DNA of 32,000 nt from Candidatus Karelsulcia muelleri (GTDB lineage: Bacteria; Bacteroidota; Bacteroidia; Flavobacteriales; Blattabacteriaceae): NCBI RefSeq assembly GCF_003214255.1, contig NZ_CP029011.1, forward strand, positions 240,001 to 272,000, written 5' to 3'. The notes below the pieces were generated by a model that saw only the letters and a program-made list of their open reading frames with translations, searched no databases and was not told where the DNA came from. This document shows positions 1 through 9,377 of the stretch, piece after piece (position 1 is the stretch's first letter; each line of letters starts with the position of its first letter). A program made the translations under genes and the position numbers.

Positions 1-1
1 A

Positions 2-769
2 ATAAATTCATTTAAAGAAATTACAAAACATTTTCCTGAAAAAACTCTTTCTAGAGGAAAAAAGAAAACAGGAGGTAGAAATAATTGTGGCAAAATGACT
101 ATAAGATATAGAGGGGGAGGCCATAAAAAAAAATATAGAAGAATAGATTATAAAAGAAATAAATTTGGGATTCCGGCTATAATAAAATCTATAGAATATG
201 ATCCTAATAGATCAAGTTTTATATCTCTTTTATTTTATAAAGATGGAGAAAAAAGATATATTTTATCAATTGATGGATTAGAAATAGGAAAAAAAATTAT
301 TTCAGATAAATATACTATTCCGGAATTAGGAAATGCAATGTATATTATGAATATTCCTTTAGGAACTATAATTTCTTGTGTAGAACTTTTTACTGGAAAA
401 GGAGCAATTTTTGCACGGAGTGCAGGGGCATATGTGCAATTAATTGCAAAATCAGAAAAATTCTCTACTATAAAATTACCTTCTGGAGAAACTCGGATGG
501 TGTCTTCAAACTGTATGGCAACTATAGGATCAATTGCTAATTCTGATCATAAATTAGAAATTGATGGCAAAGCAGGAAGAAAACGTTGGTTAGGAAAAAG
601 ACCTAGAACTAGAGGAGTAGCTATGAATCCAGTTGACCATCCAATGGGTGGTGGTGAAGGAAAGGCATCTGGAGGACATCCTAGAAATAGAAATGGACTT
701 CCATCTAATGGATTTAAAACCCGTGATAAAAAAAAAAAATCCAATAAATTTATTATAAAGAAAAAATAA
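2..769 (+). CDS. rplB: 50S ribosomal protein L2 (5' end cut by window edge)
   Basis: The frame of ORF 95..769 stays open back to base 2 ([52 protein letters not shown]), which is the conserved L2 core, so the ATG at 95 is internal. The C-terminal [14 protein letters not shown] motif is present. Confidence 0.95.
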   Translation: MNSFKEITKHFPEKTLSRGKKKTGGRNNCGKMTIRYRGGGHKKKYRRIDYKRNKFGIPAIIKSIEYDPNRSSFISLLFYKDGEKRYILSIDGLEIGKKIISDKYTIPELGNAMYIMNIPLGTIISCVELFTGKGAIFARSAGAYVQLIAKSEKFSTIKLPSGETRMVSSNCMATIGSIANSDHKLEIDGKAGRKRWLGKRPRTRGVAMNPVDHPMGGGEGKASGGHPRNRNGLPSNGFKTRDKKKKSNKFIIKKK

Positions 770-783
770 ATAAAATAATTATT

Positions 784-1068
784 ATGCCACGTTCATTAAA
801 AAAAGGTCCATATGTTAATTTAAAATTAAAAAAAAAAATTTTATTAAATAATTTAAATGTAAATAGAAAAAAAGTTATAAAAACTTGGTCCAGATCTTCT
901 ACTATTATTCCTGAATTTATTGGAAATACAATATTAGTTTATAATGGAAAAATTTTTATACCAGTATATATTTCTGAAAATATGATAGGACATAAATTAG
1001 GGGAATTTTCTCCTACTAGAATTTTTAGAGGGCATTCAGGATTTAAAAAAAAAATAAAAAAAAAATAA
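784..1068 (+). CDS. rpsS: 30S ribosomal protein S19
   Basis: [11 protein letters not shown]... and [22 protein letters not shown] are typical S19. It sits in the canonical position after rplB. Confidence 0.95.
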   Translation: MPRSLKKGPYVNLKLKKKILLNNLNVNRKKVIKTWSRSSTIIPEFIGNTILVYNGKIFIPVYISENMIGHKLGEFSPTRIFRGHSGFKKKIKKK

Positions 1069-1069
1069 T

Positions 1070-1477
1070 ATGATAATAAAAAATAAAAAACAAACTAAAT
1101 CTGATTTAAGATTAAGATTAAGATCAGTAGTTAATCTGAAAAAGATTTCATGTTCTCCCCGAAAATTACGTTTAATAACTGATTTAATTAGGACTGAAAA
1201 AGTAGAAGATTCAATATTAAAACTTAATTTTATTAAAAAAAAAGGTTCAATTTTAATAAAAAAAATTTTGTTATCAGCTATGGCTAATTGGAAAAATAAA
1301 AATTTTGAAAAAGATATTTCTAATTATAATTTTTATATAGAAAAAATTTTAGTAAATCAAGGGACTCAGTTGAAAAAGATTCGTCCTGCACCTAAAGGTA
1401 GAGGGGTTAAAATTAGAAAAAGATATAGCAATATCTATATTACTATAATTGGAAAATTAATTAATTATGGGACATAA
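1070..1477 (+). CDS. rplV: 50S ribosomal protein L22
   Basis: Position between rpsS and rps[17 protein letters not shown] and [16 protein letters not shown] match L22. Confidence 0.9.
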   Translation: MIIKNKKQTKSDLRLRLRSVVNLKKISCSPRKLRLITDLIRTEKVEDSILKLNFIKKKGSILIKKILLSAMANWKNKNFEKDISNYNFYIEKILVNQGTQLKKIRPAPKGRGVKIRKRYSNIYITIIGKLINYGT

Positions 1478-2159
1478 AGTAAACACATTATCCAATCGTT
1501 TAGGATTAATTTTTGGTTGGCAATCTCTTTGGAGTAACAATTATCCAGAAAGAATAAAAGAAGATTTTAAATTAAGAAAATATTTAGAAAATCGTTTAGC
1601 AAAATATAATGTATCTAGAATTTATATTGAAAGAAATTTAAATAGAGTAAATATTACTATTTCAACTTCTAGGCCTGCAATGATAATTGGAAAAGGAGGT
1701 GAGGAAGTAGAAAAATTAAAAAAAGAATTAAAAGTTTTGACTAAAAAAGTAATTCAAATAAATATATTTGAAATAAAAAACCCAGAATTAGATGCTGTAT
1801 TAGTTGCTAAAACTATAGCTCGTAAATTAGAAAATAAATTTTCATATAAAAAAGCTATGAAAATTTGTTTAGCTGCTGCTTTACGTTTGAATGCAGAAGG
1901 AATAAAAATTAAAATATCTGGACGTTTGAATGGAGCAGAAATGGCACGAACAGAAACTTATAAAGAAGGGAGAATTCCTTTATCAACTTTTAGAGCAGAT
2001 ATAGATTATTCTATGGCAGAAGCTCATACTAATTATGGAATCATAGGAATAAAAGTATGGATCATGAAAGGAGAAATTTATGGTAAGAAAGATATGTATA
2101 ATTTTTTTAAATTAAGATCTAAAAAAAAAAATTCTTATAAAGAAAAAAAAAGAATTTAA
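1467..2159 (+). CDS. rpsC: 30S ribosomal protein S3
   Basis: [13 protein letters not shown] start, KH-domain [40 protein letters not shown]. Overlaps the rplV end by 11 nt. Confidence 0.95.
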   Translation: MGHKVNTLSNRLGLIFGWQSLWSNNYPERIKEDFKLRKYLENRLAKYNVSRIYIERNLNRVNITISTSRPAMIIGKGGEEVEKLKKELKVLTKKVIQINIFEIKNPELDAVLVAKTIARKLENKFSYKKAMKICLAAALRLNAEGIKIKISGRLNGAEMARTETYKEGRIPLSTFRADIDYSMAEAHTNYGIIGIKVWIMKGEIYGKKDMYNFFKLRSKKKNSYKEKKRI

Positions 2160-2171
2160 AATTTAATAATT

Positions 2172-2582
2172 ATGTTACAACCTAAAAAAACTAAATTTGA
2201 AAAACAACAAAAAGGAAGAATAAAAGGAAATTCAACAAGAGGAACAAAATTATATTTTGGCAAATATGGAATTAAATCCTTAGATCCAGGATGGATAACA
2301 GATAGACAGATAGAATCTGCTAGGGTTGCAGCCACACGGTTTCTTAAAAGACAAGGTAAATTGTGGATAAATATTTTTCCTGATAAACCTGTGACTAAAA
2401 AACCTCAAGAAGTCCGGATGGGAAAAGGAAAAGGTGGAAGAGATCATTGGGTAGCAGTAATAAAACCAGGCAGAATTTTAATTGAAATAGATGAAGTAGA
2501 CTTTATTTTAGGAAAAGAAGCTTTGAGATTAGCTTCTCAAAAATTACCAGTAAAAACGAAATTTATAATTAATAATAACTGA
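2172..2582 (+). CDS. rplP: 50S ribosomal protein L16
   Basis: [45 protein letters not shown]. Ends with TGA at 2580..2582. Confidence 0.95.
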   Translation: MLQPKKTKFEKQQKGRIKGNSTRGTKLYFGKYGIKSLDPGWITDRQIESARVAATRFLKRQGKLWINIFPDKPVTKKPQEVRMGKGKGGRDHWVAVIKPGRILIEIDEVDFILGKEALRLASQKLPVKTKFIINNN

Positions 2583-2583
2583 A

Positions 2584-2841
2584 ATGTATAAAATTAAAAT
2601 GTATAAAAAAAAAAAAATTGGACTTGTAATAAGTAATAAAATGAAAAAAACTATAGTGATGGCTGAAACATATAAAAAAAAACATCCGATTTATAAAAAA
2701 TTCATTTTAAAAAAAAAAAAATATCATGTTCATGATGAACATAATTTATGTAAAAAGGGTGATTTAGTAAAAATCATTGAAACTAGACCTTTTAGTAAAA
2801 CTAAAAGTTGGCGATTATTGAAAATAATAAATAAGAAATAA
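2584..2841 (+). CDS. rpsQ: 30S ribosomal protein S17
   Basis: [14 protein letters not shown]......HPIYKK......KY.VHDE.N.CK.GD.V.I.ETRP.SKTK.W.L is the S17 fold. An alternative in-frame ATG lies at 2599. It starts 1 nt after the rplP stop, so no rpmC lies between them. Confidence 0.9.
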   Translation: MYKIKMYKKKKIGLVISNKMKKTIVMAETYKKKHPIYKKFILKKKKYHVHDEHNLCKKGDLVKIIETRPFSKTKSWRLLKIINKK

Positions 2842-2842
2842 A

Positions 2843-3211
2843 ATGTTACAACAAGAATCAATAATTAGAGTAGCAGATAATTCTGGAGCTAAAAAAGTAT
2901 TATTAATAAGAGTTTTAGGAGGAACAAAAAAAAAATACGCCTATATAGGCGATACTATAATAGTTTCTATAAAAGAAGCTATAACAGGATCTAGTGTAAA
3001 AAAAGGACAAGTATATAAAGCAGTAATAATAAGAACAAAAAAAAATATAAAACGTAAAGATGGATCTTATATTAAATTTGATGATAATGCATGTGTATTA
3101 TTAACTAATACAGGGGAACTAAAAGGGACTAGAATTTTGGGCCCCGTTCCTAGAGAATTAAAAGAGAAAAATTATAATAAAATTATTTCATTAGCTATAG
3201 AAGTTTTATGA
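2843..3211 (+). CDS. rplN: 50S ribosomal protein L14
   Basis: MLQQES...VADNSGAKK...IRVLGG, canonical L14. ATGA overlap with rplX. Confidence 0.95.
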   Translation: MLQQESIIRVADNSGAKKVLLIRVLGGTKKKYAYIGDTIIVSIKEAITGSSVKKGQVYKAVIIRTKKNIKRKDGSYIKFDDNACVLLTNTGELKGTRILGPVPRELKEKNYNKIISLAIEVL

Positions 3212-3474
3212 AAAAACTAAGAAAAGGAGATACTGTAATAATTTTAACAGGGGAAAAGAAAACAAAAAAAGGAATTATATATAAAATATATAAGAAAAAA
3301 AATAAAGCATTATTACAGAATGGTTATGCCAAAGAAATACTAATAAATATCTCAAATATTTCATTTTTAAAAAAAGTAAAATCCCATTATTATCCAATAA
3401 AAATTGGATTTAAAATTGACAAAAAAGGTCAAAAACAAAGAGTTTCCAAAAAAACTGGAAAGATTATTAATTAA
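3208..3474 (+). CDS. rplX: 50S ribosomal protein L24 (shortened)
   Basis: The KOW motif [18 protein letters not shown] plus the position between rplN and rplE. Confidence 0.85.
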   Translation: MKKLRKGDTVIILTGEKKTKKGIIYKIYKKKNKALLQNGYAKEILINISNISFLKKVKSHYYPIKIGFKIDKKGQKQRVSKKTGKIIN

Positions 3475-3486
3475 TTTTTTTAAAAA

Positions 3487-4041
3487 ATGAATTTGAATTG
3501 TTTTCCAAGAACGAAATTTTTGTATAAAACAAAAATAATTAATAAATTAAAAAAAAAATTTAATTATAAATGTATAATGCAAGTTCCAAAACTAAAAAAA
3601 ATCGTTTTAAATCAAGGAATTAATATTTCTTTTTTTGAAAAAAAAACTATTTCTAATGCAATAGATAATATTACTGCAATAACAGGTCAAAAAGCAATTT
3701 ATTGTTTATCCAAACGTGATGAATCTGGTTTTAAATTAAGAAAAGGAACTCCTATAAGTATTAAAGTAACCTTAAGAAGGAATATTATGTATGAATTTTT
3801 AGATAGATTAATTAATATTGCTTTACCAAGAGTTCGTGATTTTAAAGGAGTAAATAAAAAGAGTTTTGATGGCAAAGGAAATTATAATTTAGGAATTTCT
3901 GAACAAATTATATTTCCAGAAATAAATTCTGAATTTTTAAAAAAAAATATTGGAATGAATATAACTTTTGTGACTTCTTCTAAGTCTGATAAAGAAGCTA
4001 AATATTTATTATATTTATTTGGAATTCCTTTTAAAAAATAA
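3487..4041 (+). CDS. rplE: 50S ribosomal protein L5
   Basis: [39 protein letters not shown]....[18 protein letters not shown] are canonical L5. Confidence 0.95.
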   Translation: MNLNCFPRTKFLYKTKIINKLKKKFNYKCIMQVPKLKKIVLNQGINISFFEKKTISNAIDNITAITGQKAIYCLSKRDESGFKLRKGTPISIKVTLRRNIMYEFLDRLINIALPRVRDFKGVNKKSFDGKGNYNLGISEQIIFPEINSEFLKKNIGMNITFVTSSKSDKEAKYLLYLFGIPFKK

Positions 4042-4046
4042 AAAAA

Positions 4047-4316
4047 ATGGCAAAAGAATCTTTAAAAGCAAGGCAAAAAAAACGTAAAATGATGGTTTTA
4101 AAATATGCTAAAAAACGAAAATTATTAAAATTAAATAGAGATTATGAAGGATTACAAAAATTACCTCGAAATGCTTCTCCTGTACGAGTACATAATCTTT
4201 GTTCTTTAACTGGAAGATCGAAAGGATATATGAGAAAATTTGGAATTTCCCGGATTGAATTTAGAAGGTTAGCTTCTCAAGGATTTATTCCAGGAATTGT
4301 GAAAGCTAGTTGGTAA
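4047..4316 (+). CDS. rpsN: 30S ribosomal protein S14
   Basis: MAKES.KAR..KR and the C-terminal R..G.SRI.FR.LA..G.IPG..KASW. Confidence 0.95.
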   Translation: MAKESLKARQKKRKMMVLKYAKKRKLLKLNRDYEGLQKLPRNASPVRVHNLCSLTGRSKGYMRKFGISRIEFRRLASQGFIPGIVKASW

Positions 4317-4339
4317 CTTTAATTAAATTATAAAAAAAA

Positions 4340-4741
4340 ATGATTACAGATCCAATAGCTGATTGCTTAACTAGAATTAGAAATGGGTATTTATCAAATA
4401 ATATGATTGTTGAAATGCAATATTCGAAAATAAAAAAAGATATAATAAATATATTATATAATCAAGGATTGATATCAAGTTATAAAATAGAAAGAAGAAA
4501 GAAAGAGAAATTTGTTATAAAAGTAGCTATAAAATATAATAAATATACTGGAACATCTGTAATAAAATGTATAAAAAGAATTAGTAAACCGAGTTTAAGA
4601 CAATATTGTAAATATAAAAAAATTCCTCGTGTTATAAATGGATTAGGAATTGCAATTTTATCGACTTCTAAAGGAATAATGACTGATAAAATTGCACGTA
4701 AAAAAAAACTTGGAGGAGAAATAATATGTTTTATTTATTAA
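4340..4741 (+). CDS. rpsH: 30S ribosomal protein S8
   Basis: [15 protein letters not shown] at the N-terminus, [27 protein letters not shown] at the C-terminus. Confidence 0.95.
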   Translation: MITDPIADCLTRIRNGYLSNNMIVEMQYSKIKKDIINILYNQGLISSYKIERRKKEKFVIKVAIKYNKYTGTSVIKCIKRISKPSLRQYCKYKKIPRVINGLGIAILSTSKGIMTDKIARKKKLGGEIICFIY

Positions 4742-4769
4742 ATGAAATTAAATATAATATATATATTAT

Positions 4770-5318
4770 ATGTCTAGAATTGGCAAACTTCCAGTTTTAA
4801 TTCCTGAAAATGTTGTTGTAAAACAAGAAAAAAATATAATTTATATTAATGGTCCTTTAGGAAAATTAAAACAAAAAATAATAGGTGAGATTAAAATATC
4901 TCTTAAAAAGAATTTTATTTTTCTAAAAAGAAAGAAGAATGATAAAAAAAATCGTGCATTACATGGATTATATCGTATGTTGATCTTTAATATGATTAAA
5001 GGAGTATCTACTGGATTTAAAAAAGAATTAAAAGTGATAGGAATAGGATATAAAGCATCTAATAATAAACAAATTTTAGATTTAAATATAGGATATTCTC
5101 ATAATATAATGATGAAATTACCTAAAGAAATTACTTTAGAAGTAAAAAGAGAAAAAAATAAAACTACTCATATAATTTTAAATTCTTATGATAAACAATT
5201 ATTAGGAATAGTAGCAGCCAAAATAAGATCTTTAAAAAAACCAGATCCTTATAAAGGAAAAGGAATTCGTTATTTAAATGAAATGGTAAGAAAAAAAATA
5301 GGAAAATCTGCTAAATAA
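4770..5318 (+). CDS. rplF: 50S ribosomal protein L6
   Basis: MSRIGK.P...P..V, GVSTGF.K.L...G.GY.A, PDPYKGKGIRY..E.V..K.GK. Confidence 0.95.
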   Translation: MSRIGKLPVLIPENVVVKQEKNIIYINGPLGKLKQKIIGEIKISLKKNFIFLKRKKNDKKNRALHGLYRMLIFNMIKGVSTGFKKELKVIGIGYKASNNKQILDLNIGYSHNIMMKLPKEITLEVKREKNKTTHIILNSYDKQLLGIVAAKIRSLKKPDPYKGKGIRYLNEMVRKKIGKSAK

Positions 5319-5630
5319 ATGATAAGAAAAAAAAAAATATTTGGGTATTTAGAAAAACCTAGAATTTCAGTTTTTAGAAGTAATAAACATATTTATGCTC
5401 AAGTAATAGATGATTATAAAGGACATACTTTAATTTCTGTTTCATCAAAAAATTTTGATTTTAAAAATCTAAAAAAAAAAGAGATTTCTTATAAGATAGG
5501 AAAAATTTTAGGTAAAAAAATTTATTCTTATGGAATAAAAAAAATAGTTTTTGATAGAAATAGATATATTTATCATGGCAGAGTAAAAGCTTTAGCAGAA
5601 GGCTTAAGAAATGTCGGGTTACAATTTTAA
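5319..5630 (+). CDS. rplR: 50S ribosomal protein L18 (shortened)
   Basis: PRISVFRSNKHIYAQVIDD, FDR..Y.YHGRVKALAEG.R..GL.F. Confidence 0.9.
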   Translation: MIRKKKIFGYLEKPRISVFRSNKHIYAQVIDDYKGHTLISVSSKNFDFKNLKKKEISYKIGKILGKKIYSYGIKKIVFDRNRYIYHGRVKALAEGLRNVGLQF

Positions 5631-6175
5631 TGGGTATGAAAAAATTAAAAATAAAAAAAAATTATAAATTAAAAATTTTAAAAAAAATTAATTTAGATTT
5701 AAAAGAAAAATTAGTTGTGGTTAATCGAGTTTGTAAAGTTACTAAAGGTAGAAGATATTTTAGTTTTACTGCGTTAGTAATAAAAGGAGATAAAAAAGGA
5801 TTAGTAGGTTATGGATTTGGAAAAGCTAAAGAAGCACCGGAAGCTATTGCTAAAGCAGGTGAAAAAGCAGAAAAAAAATTATTAAAAATAAATATTATTA
5901 AAGGAGGAACAATACCTCATGAACAAGAAGCCAAATATGGAGGAGCCCGTGTTTTTATTTGTCCGGCTTCCGAAGGAACTGGAATAATTGCTGGTGGGGC
6001 AGTGAGATCTGTTTTAGAAGCAGTTGGCTTGAAAAATGTATTATCTAAATCAAAAGGATCTTCTAATAATCAGAATTGTATTAAAGCTACAATGTTAGCT
6101 TTATCTAAACTACGAACTTTAAATACTATAGCTTTAGAAAGAGGAGTTTCTATAAAAACAATTTTAAAAAAATAA
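5630..6175 (+). CDS. rpsE: 30S ribosomal protein S5
   Basis: V.VNRV.KVTKGRR.FSF.ALV..GD..G.VGYG.GKA.E.P.AI.KA, GTGIIAGG.VR.VLE..G..NVL.K..GS.N. The start may be the second ATG (MGM...). The stop TAA is at 6173..6175. Confidence 0.95.
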   Translation: MGMKKLKIKKNYKLKILKKINLDLKEKLVVVNRVCKVTKGRRYFSFTALVIKGDKKGLVGYGFGKAKEAPEAIAKAGEKAEKKLLKINIIKGGTIPHEQEAKYGGARVFICPASEGTGIIAGGAVRSVLEAVGLKNVLSKSKGSSNNQNCIKATMLALSKLRTLNTIALERGVSIKTILKK

Positions 6176-6260
6176 AAAAATAAAAAAATAAAAAAATAAA
6201 AAAATAAAAAAATAAAAAAATAAAAAAATAAAAAAATAAAAAAATAAAAAAATAAAAAAA
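6173..6260. repeat. Perfect tandem repeat (TAAAAAAA) x 11 in the rpsE-rpmD spacer
   Basis: Counted directly. T occurs at 6173, 6181, 6189 and so on to 6253, each followed by exactly seven A, with no mismatch. The first unit contains the rpsE stop codon. The period of 8 puts TAA in all three + frames. Confidence 0.95.
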
Positions 6261-6262
6261 TA

Positions 6263-6433
6263 ATGATGAAAATTTTGTTAAAAAAAAGTTCTATAAAAAA
6301 AAGTAAATCCCAAAAATTAACATTGTTAGCTTTAGGATTAAAAAAACTTAATTCGACAGTAGAACATATTTTAACCCCATCAATAATGGGAATGATAAAA
6401 AAGGTATCACATTTATTATTAATAAATAATTAA
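6263..6433 (+). CDS. rpmD: 50S ribosomal protein L30 (56 aa; absent from the ORF track)
   Basis: Hand translation gives [56 protein letters not shown]. The pattern (K.S.I......TL.ALGL.K.......TP...GMI.KV.HL) and the position between rpsE and rplO fit L30. Confidence 0.85.
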   Translation: MMKILLKKSSIKKSKSQKLTLLALGLKKLNSTVEHILTPSIMGMIKKVSHLLLINN

Positions 6434-6437
6434 AATT

Positions 6438-6887
6438 ATGATATTAAATAATTTAAAATATAAATTTGGATCTGTAAGAAAAGAAAAAAGATTAGGCAGG
6501 GGACAAGGATCTGGAAAAGGTGGGACTTGTACTAAAGGTCATAAAGGAGCAAAATCTCGTTCAGGAAATTCTAAAAAATTAGGTTTTGAAGGAGGGCAAA
6601 TGCCATTACAAAGAAGAATTCCAAAATTTGGATTTAAAAATTTTAATAAAAAAAAATATTTAATTTTCAATTTAGATACAATACAATATTTAATAAATAT
6701 TGGAAAATTGAAAAAAAAAATAACTATAGAAAGTTTTAGAAAACTAGGTTTTTTTAAAAAAAATATTTTTTACAAAATTTTAGGAAGAGGAAAATTAACC
6801 TATAAAATAGATATTACTGCTCATAAATTTAGTAAAAAAGCATTCAATGGAATTAAAAAATTGGGGGGAAATTTAAGAATATTATGA
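6438..6887 (+). CDS. rplO: 50S ribosomal protein L15
   Basis: [22 protein letters not shown]......[19 protein letters not shown] overlap with secY. Confidence 0.95.
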   Translation: MILNNLKYKFGSVRKEKRLGRGQGSGKGGTCTKGHKGAKSRSGNSKKLGFEGGQMPLQRRIPKFGFKNFNKKKYLIFNLDTIQYLINIGKLKKKITIESFRKLGFFKKNIFYKILGRGKLTYKIDITAHKFSKKAFNGIKKLGGNLRIL

Positions 6888-8215
6888 AATTAAAAAATCT
6901 TTTGAAGATTTTGAATAAAAAAGAATTATCATCAAAAATATATTATACATTCTTTATAATTTTAATATATCGTTTTGGATCATTTTTCCCTATTCCATTT
7001 ATCAAACCAATTTATATAAATGAAATTGGTTTTAAAAAAAAGATTTTCACTTCTTTTACTTCTTTTGGTTTTAAAAAAAATATTTTAACTTCTTTAACAG
7101 GAGGAGCCTGTAATAGAGCGTCTATTTTTTCTTTAGGGATTCTGCCAAATATATCAGCATCAATTTTTATACAATTTCTTTGTTATTTTTTTCCTTTTTT
7201 TAAAAAATTGAAAAAGAATGGCCCCCTTGGAAAAAGAAAACTAAATTTGATTACTAAAGGTATAACTTTAATATTATCTTTAATGAAAGCTAATGCGTAT
7301 ATTTTCTATTTAATTAATATTTTTCTTAAGAAGAAGACATATTATTTAAATTTTATTTTAATTTATGGAAAATATTTTTTCTTATTTACATCAATAATAT
7401 GTTTAACTACAGGAACATTCTTAACAATGTGGTTAAAAGAAAAAATTAATGAAAAAGGGCTAGGAAATGGAAATTCATTTTTAATAATAAGTGGAATGTT
7501 ATCTCGTTTTATAAATTCTTTTATATCTGAAATATTAAATAGAATTAATGAAAATGTTTTTTTAGGAATTTTAAGATTATTATTTGAAATAATAGTTTGG
7601 ATATTCATTATTGGAATTGCAATTATTATAATAAAATCTGTAAGAAAAATTTATATACATTATATAAATAATTTTGGGTTGAAAAGAAACTATTCTTCTA
7701 ATTTAGAAGAAATAAAATTTTTACCTTTAAAAGTAGTTCATACAGGAGTTATGCCTATTATGTGTTCACAAGGAATGTTATTTTTCTTAATAACATTAAT
7801 GTCTAAAATACATTATAATTCTATAGATATTATAATTGAAAAATTAAAAAATATATATGGATTATGGTATAATATTCTGTATAGTATAATAATAATATTA
7901 ATTACGTTTTTTTCTACTTATTTTTCTATTTCTGTTAATACAATTTCAGATGATTTAAAATTAAATGGAGGATATATACCAAATGTAAAACCTGGAAAAG
8001 AAACTTCTTTGTTTTTAAAAAAAATTGTTTCACAAATATCCTTGATAGGATCATTATTATTAACTATAATGGCTTTATTACCGTCAATCTTTGTTTGTCT
8101 GGGAGGAGATAAAAATTTTGCTTTCTTTTTTGGAGGTTCCTCATTAATAATTTTAGTAGGAAGTTTATTAGAAATAAAAACAACAATAAATAGTTATTTA
8201 TTAAATTATAATTAA
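6884..8215 (+). CDS. secY: Preprotein translocase subunit SecY (divergent)
   Basis: [31 protein letters not shown], a multi-pass hydrophobic profile, and the canonical position after rplO. Confidence 0.9.
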   Translation: MKLKNLLKILNKKELSSKIYYTFFIILIYRFGSFFPIPFIKPIYINEIGFKKKIFTSFTSFGFKKNILTSLTGGACNRASIFSLGILPNISASIFIQFLCYFFPFFKKLKKNGPLGKRKLNLITKGITLILSLMKANAYIFYLINIFLKKKTYYLNFILIYGKYFFLFTSIICLTTGTFLTMWLKEKINEKGLGNGNSFLIISGMLSRFINSFISEILNRINENVFLGILRLLFEIIVWIFIIGIAIIIIKSVRKIYIHYINNFGLKRNYSSNLEEIKFLPLKVVHTGVMPIMCSQGMLFFLITLMSKIHYNSIDIIIEKLKNIYGLWYNILYSIIIILITFFSTYFSISVNTISDDLKLNGGYIPNVKPGKETSLFLKKIVSQISLIGSLLLTIMALLPSIFVCLGGDKNFAFFFGGSSLIILVGSLLEIKTTINSYLLNYN

Positions 8216-8217
8216 AA

Positions 8218-8433
8218 ATGGCAAAAGAAAAACATTTTGAAATAGATGGAATTGTTTTAATGGCATTACCTAATGCAATGTTTAAAGTGGAATTAAAAAA
8301 TAAATGTATTGTGACTTGTTATATTACAGGAAAAATGCGGATGAATTTTATTAAAATTTTACCAGGTGATAAAGTTCGTTTACAAATGTCTTCTTATGAT
8401 TTAAGTAAAGCAAGAATTGTATATAGATATTAA
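8218..8433 (+). CDS. infA: Translation initiation factor IF-1
   Basis: E.DG.V...LPNAMF.VEL.N......I.GKMR.NFI.ILPGD.V...MS.YDL.K.RI.YRY. Confidence 0.95.
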   Translation: MAKEKHFEIDGIVLMALPNAMFKVELKNKCIVTCYITGKMRMNFIKILPGDKVRLQMSSYDLSKARIVYRY

Positions 8434-8440
8434 ATTTTTT

Positions 8441-8557
8441 ATGAAAAAAGTAACGTCTCTTAAAAAAAGAAGTGAAAATTGTCAAATTGTTAAACGTAAA
8501 GGTCGTTTAAGAATTATTAATAAATTAAATCCTAAATTTAAACAAAAACAAGGTTAA
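8441..8557 (+). CDS. rpmJ: 50S ribosomal protein L36 (38 aa; absent from the ORF track)
   Basis: Hand translation gives [38 protein letters not shown]. This is the L36 pattern (MKV..S.K.....C..V.R.G...VI.K.NP..KQ.QG) in the canonical infA-rpmJ-rpsM position. Confidence 0.9.
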   Translation: MKKVTSLKKRSENCQIVKRKGRLRIINKLNPKFKQKQG

Positions 8558-8561
8558 TATT

Positions 8562-8969
8562 ATGGCTATAATATCAGGAATAGAAATTCCAAAAAATAAA
8601 AGAGGACTAATAGCACTGACTTATATATTTGGAATAGGAATTAGTACATCTAAAAAAATATTTAACAATACAGGAATTGATAAAAATAAAAAAGTATCCA
8701 ACTGGACAGATAATGAAATAAAAAAAATAAGAAAATTTATATCTGATAAGATAAAAACAGAAGGAGAATTAAGGTTGGAAATCCAATTAGATATAAAAAG
8801 AATTATGGATATTGGATGTTATAGAGGAATAAGGCATAGATTAGGATTACCTGTTAGAGGACAAAAAACTAAAAAGAATTGTAGAACAAGAAAAGGTAAA
8901 AAAAAAACAGTTGCAACTAAAGCAACTAAAAAAAAATTAAATAAAAATATAAAAAAAAATAAAAAATAA
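8562..8969 (+). CDS. rpsM: 30S ribosomal protein S13
   Basis: MA.ISGI.IP..K....ALTYIFGIG...S..I, Y.G.RHR.GLPVRGQ.TK.N.RTRKG. Confidence 0.95.
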   Translation: MAIISGIEIPKNKRGLIALTYIFGIGISTSKKIFNNTGIDKNKKVSNWTDNEIKKIRKFISDKIKTEGELRLEIQLDIKRIMDIGCYRGIRHRLGLPVRGQKTKKNCRTRKGKKKTVATKATKKKLNKNIKKNKK

Positions 8970-8975
8970 AATTTA

Positions 8976-9005
8976 ATGGAAAAAAAAGAAATGGAAAAAA
9001 AAGAA
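8976..9005 (+). repeat. Perfect 15-bp tandem duplication (ATGGAAAAAAAAGAA x 2) containing the rpsK start codon
   Basis: 8976..8990 equals 8991..9005, read directly. It encodes [10 protein letters not shown]. Confidence 0.95.
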
Positions 9006-9356
9006 TCAATGGATTCTATAGGAAAAGCTTATATAAATTCAACATTTAATAATATTATTATAACAATAACAAATCAAAAAGGAGATGTAATTGCATGGTC
9101 TTCAGCAGGAAAAATGGGATTTAAAGGTTCAAAAAAAAATACTCCATATGCTGCTCAAGTTGCTGCAGCAGATGTTGCTGAAAAAGGATTGAAGGCTGGA
9201 TTAAAAAAATTAAAGGTCATAGTAAAAGGTCCAGGTGCTGGCAGAGATTCTGCTATTCGGACATTAGTAAATAAAAATTTTACTTTATTAGTAATTAAAG
9301 ATATTACTCCTATTCCTCATAATGGGTGTAGACCTCCTAAAAGGAGAAGAGTATAA
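8976..9356 (+). CDS. rpsK: 30S ribosomal protein S11
   Basis: [15 protein letters not shown]...[40 protein letters not shown]. The first 30 nt are a perfect 15-bp duplication carrying two ATGs. Confidence 0.95.
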   Translation: MEKKEMEKKESMDSIGKAYINSTFNNIIITITNQKGDVIAWSSAGKMGFKGSKKNTPYAAQVAAADVAEKGLKAGLKKLKVIVKGPGAGRDSAIRTLVNKNFTLLVIKDITPIPHNGCRPPKRRRV

Positions 9357-9377
9357 TATAATTAAAATTAAAAAAAA

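Noticed and set aside
547-744. 65-aa minus-strand ORF antisense to rplB
   Set aside because: It lies wholly inside the most conserved, GC-richest part of L2. It is a proline/glycine-rich mirror translation of the GGG/GGA-rich sense strand, i.e. a shadow ORF.
2580-2582. Possible UGA-to-Trp recoding, as in some tiny co-symbiont genomes
   Set aside because: TGA terminates rplP (2580..2582), rplN (3209..3211), rplO (6885..6887), rpoA (11119..11121), trxB (25927..25929) and argH (18003..18005), each at the expected protein end. Conserved Trp positions use TGG, for example HWVAV in rplP. The standard bacterial code fits.
6173-6260. Could the 8-bp x 11 array be a CRISPR or other spaced-repeat locus?
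   Set aside because: The units are contiguous with no spacers and are far too short at 8 bp. No cas genes are present. It is a simple microsatellite.
7363-7608. 81-aa minus-strand ORF antisense to secY
   Set aside because: It is embedded in a well-supported gene, has low-complexity composition and no recognisable motif, so it is a shadow ORF.
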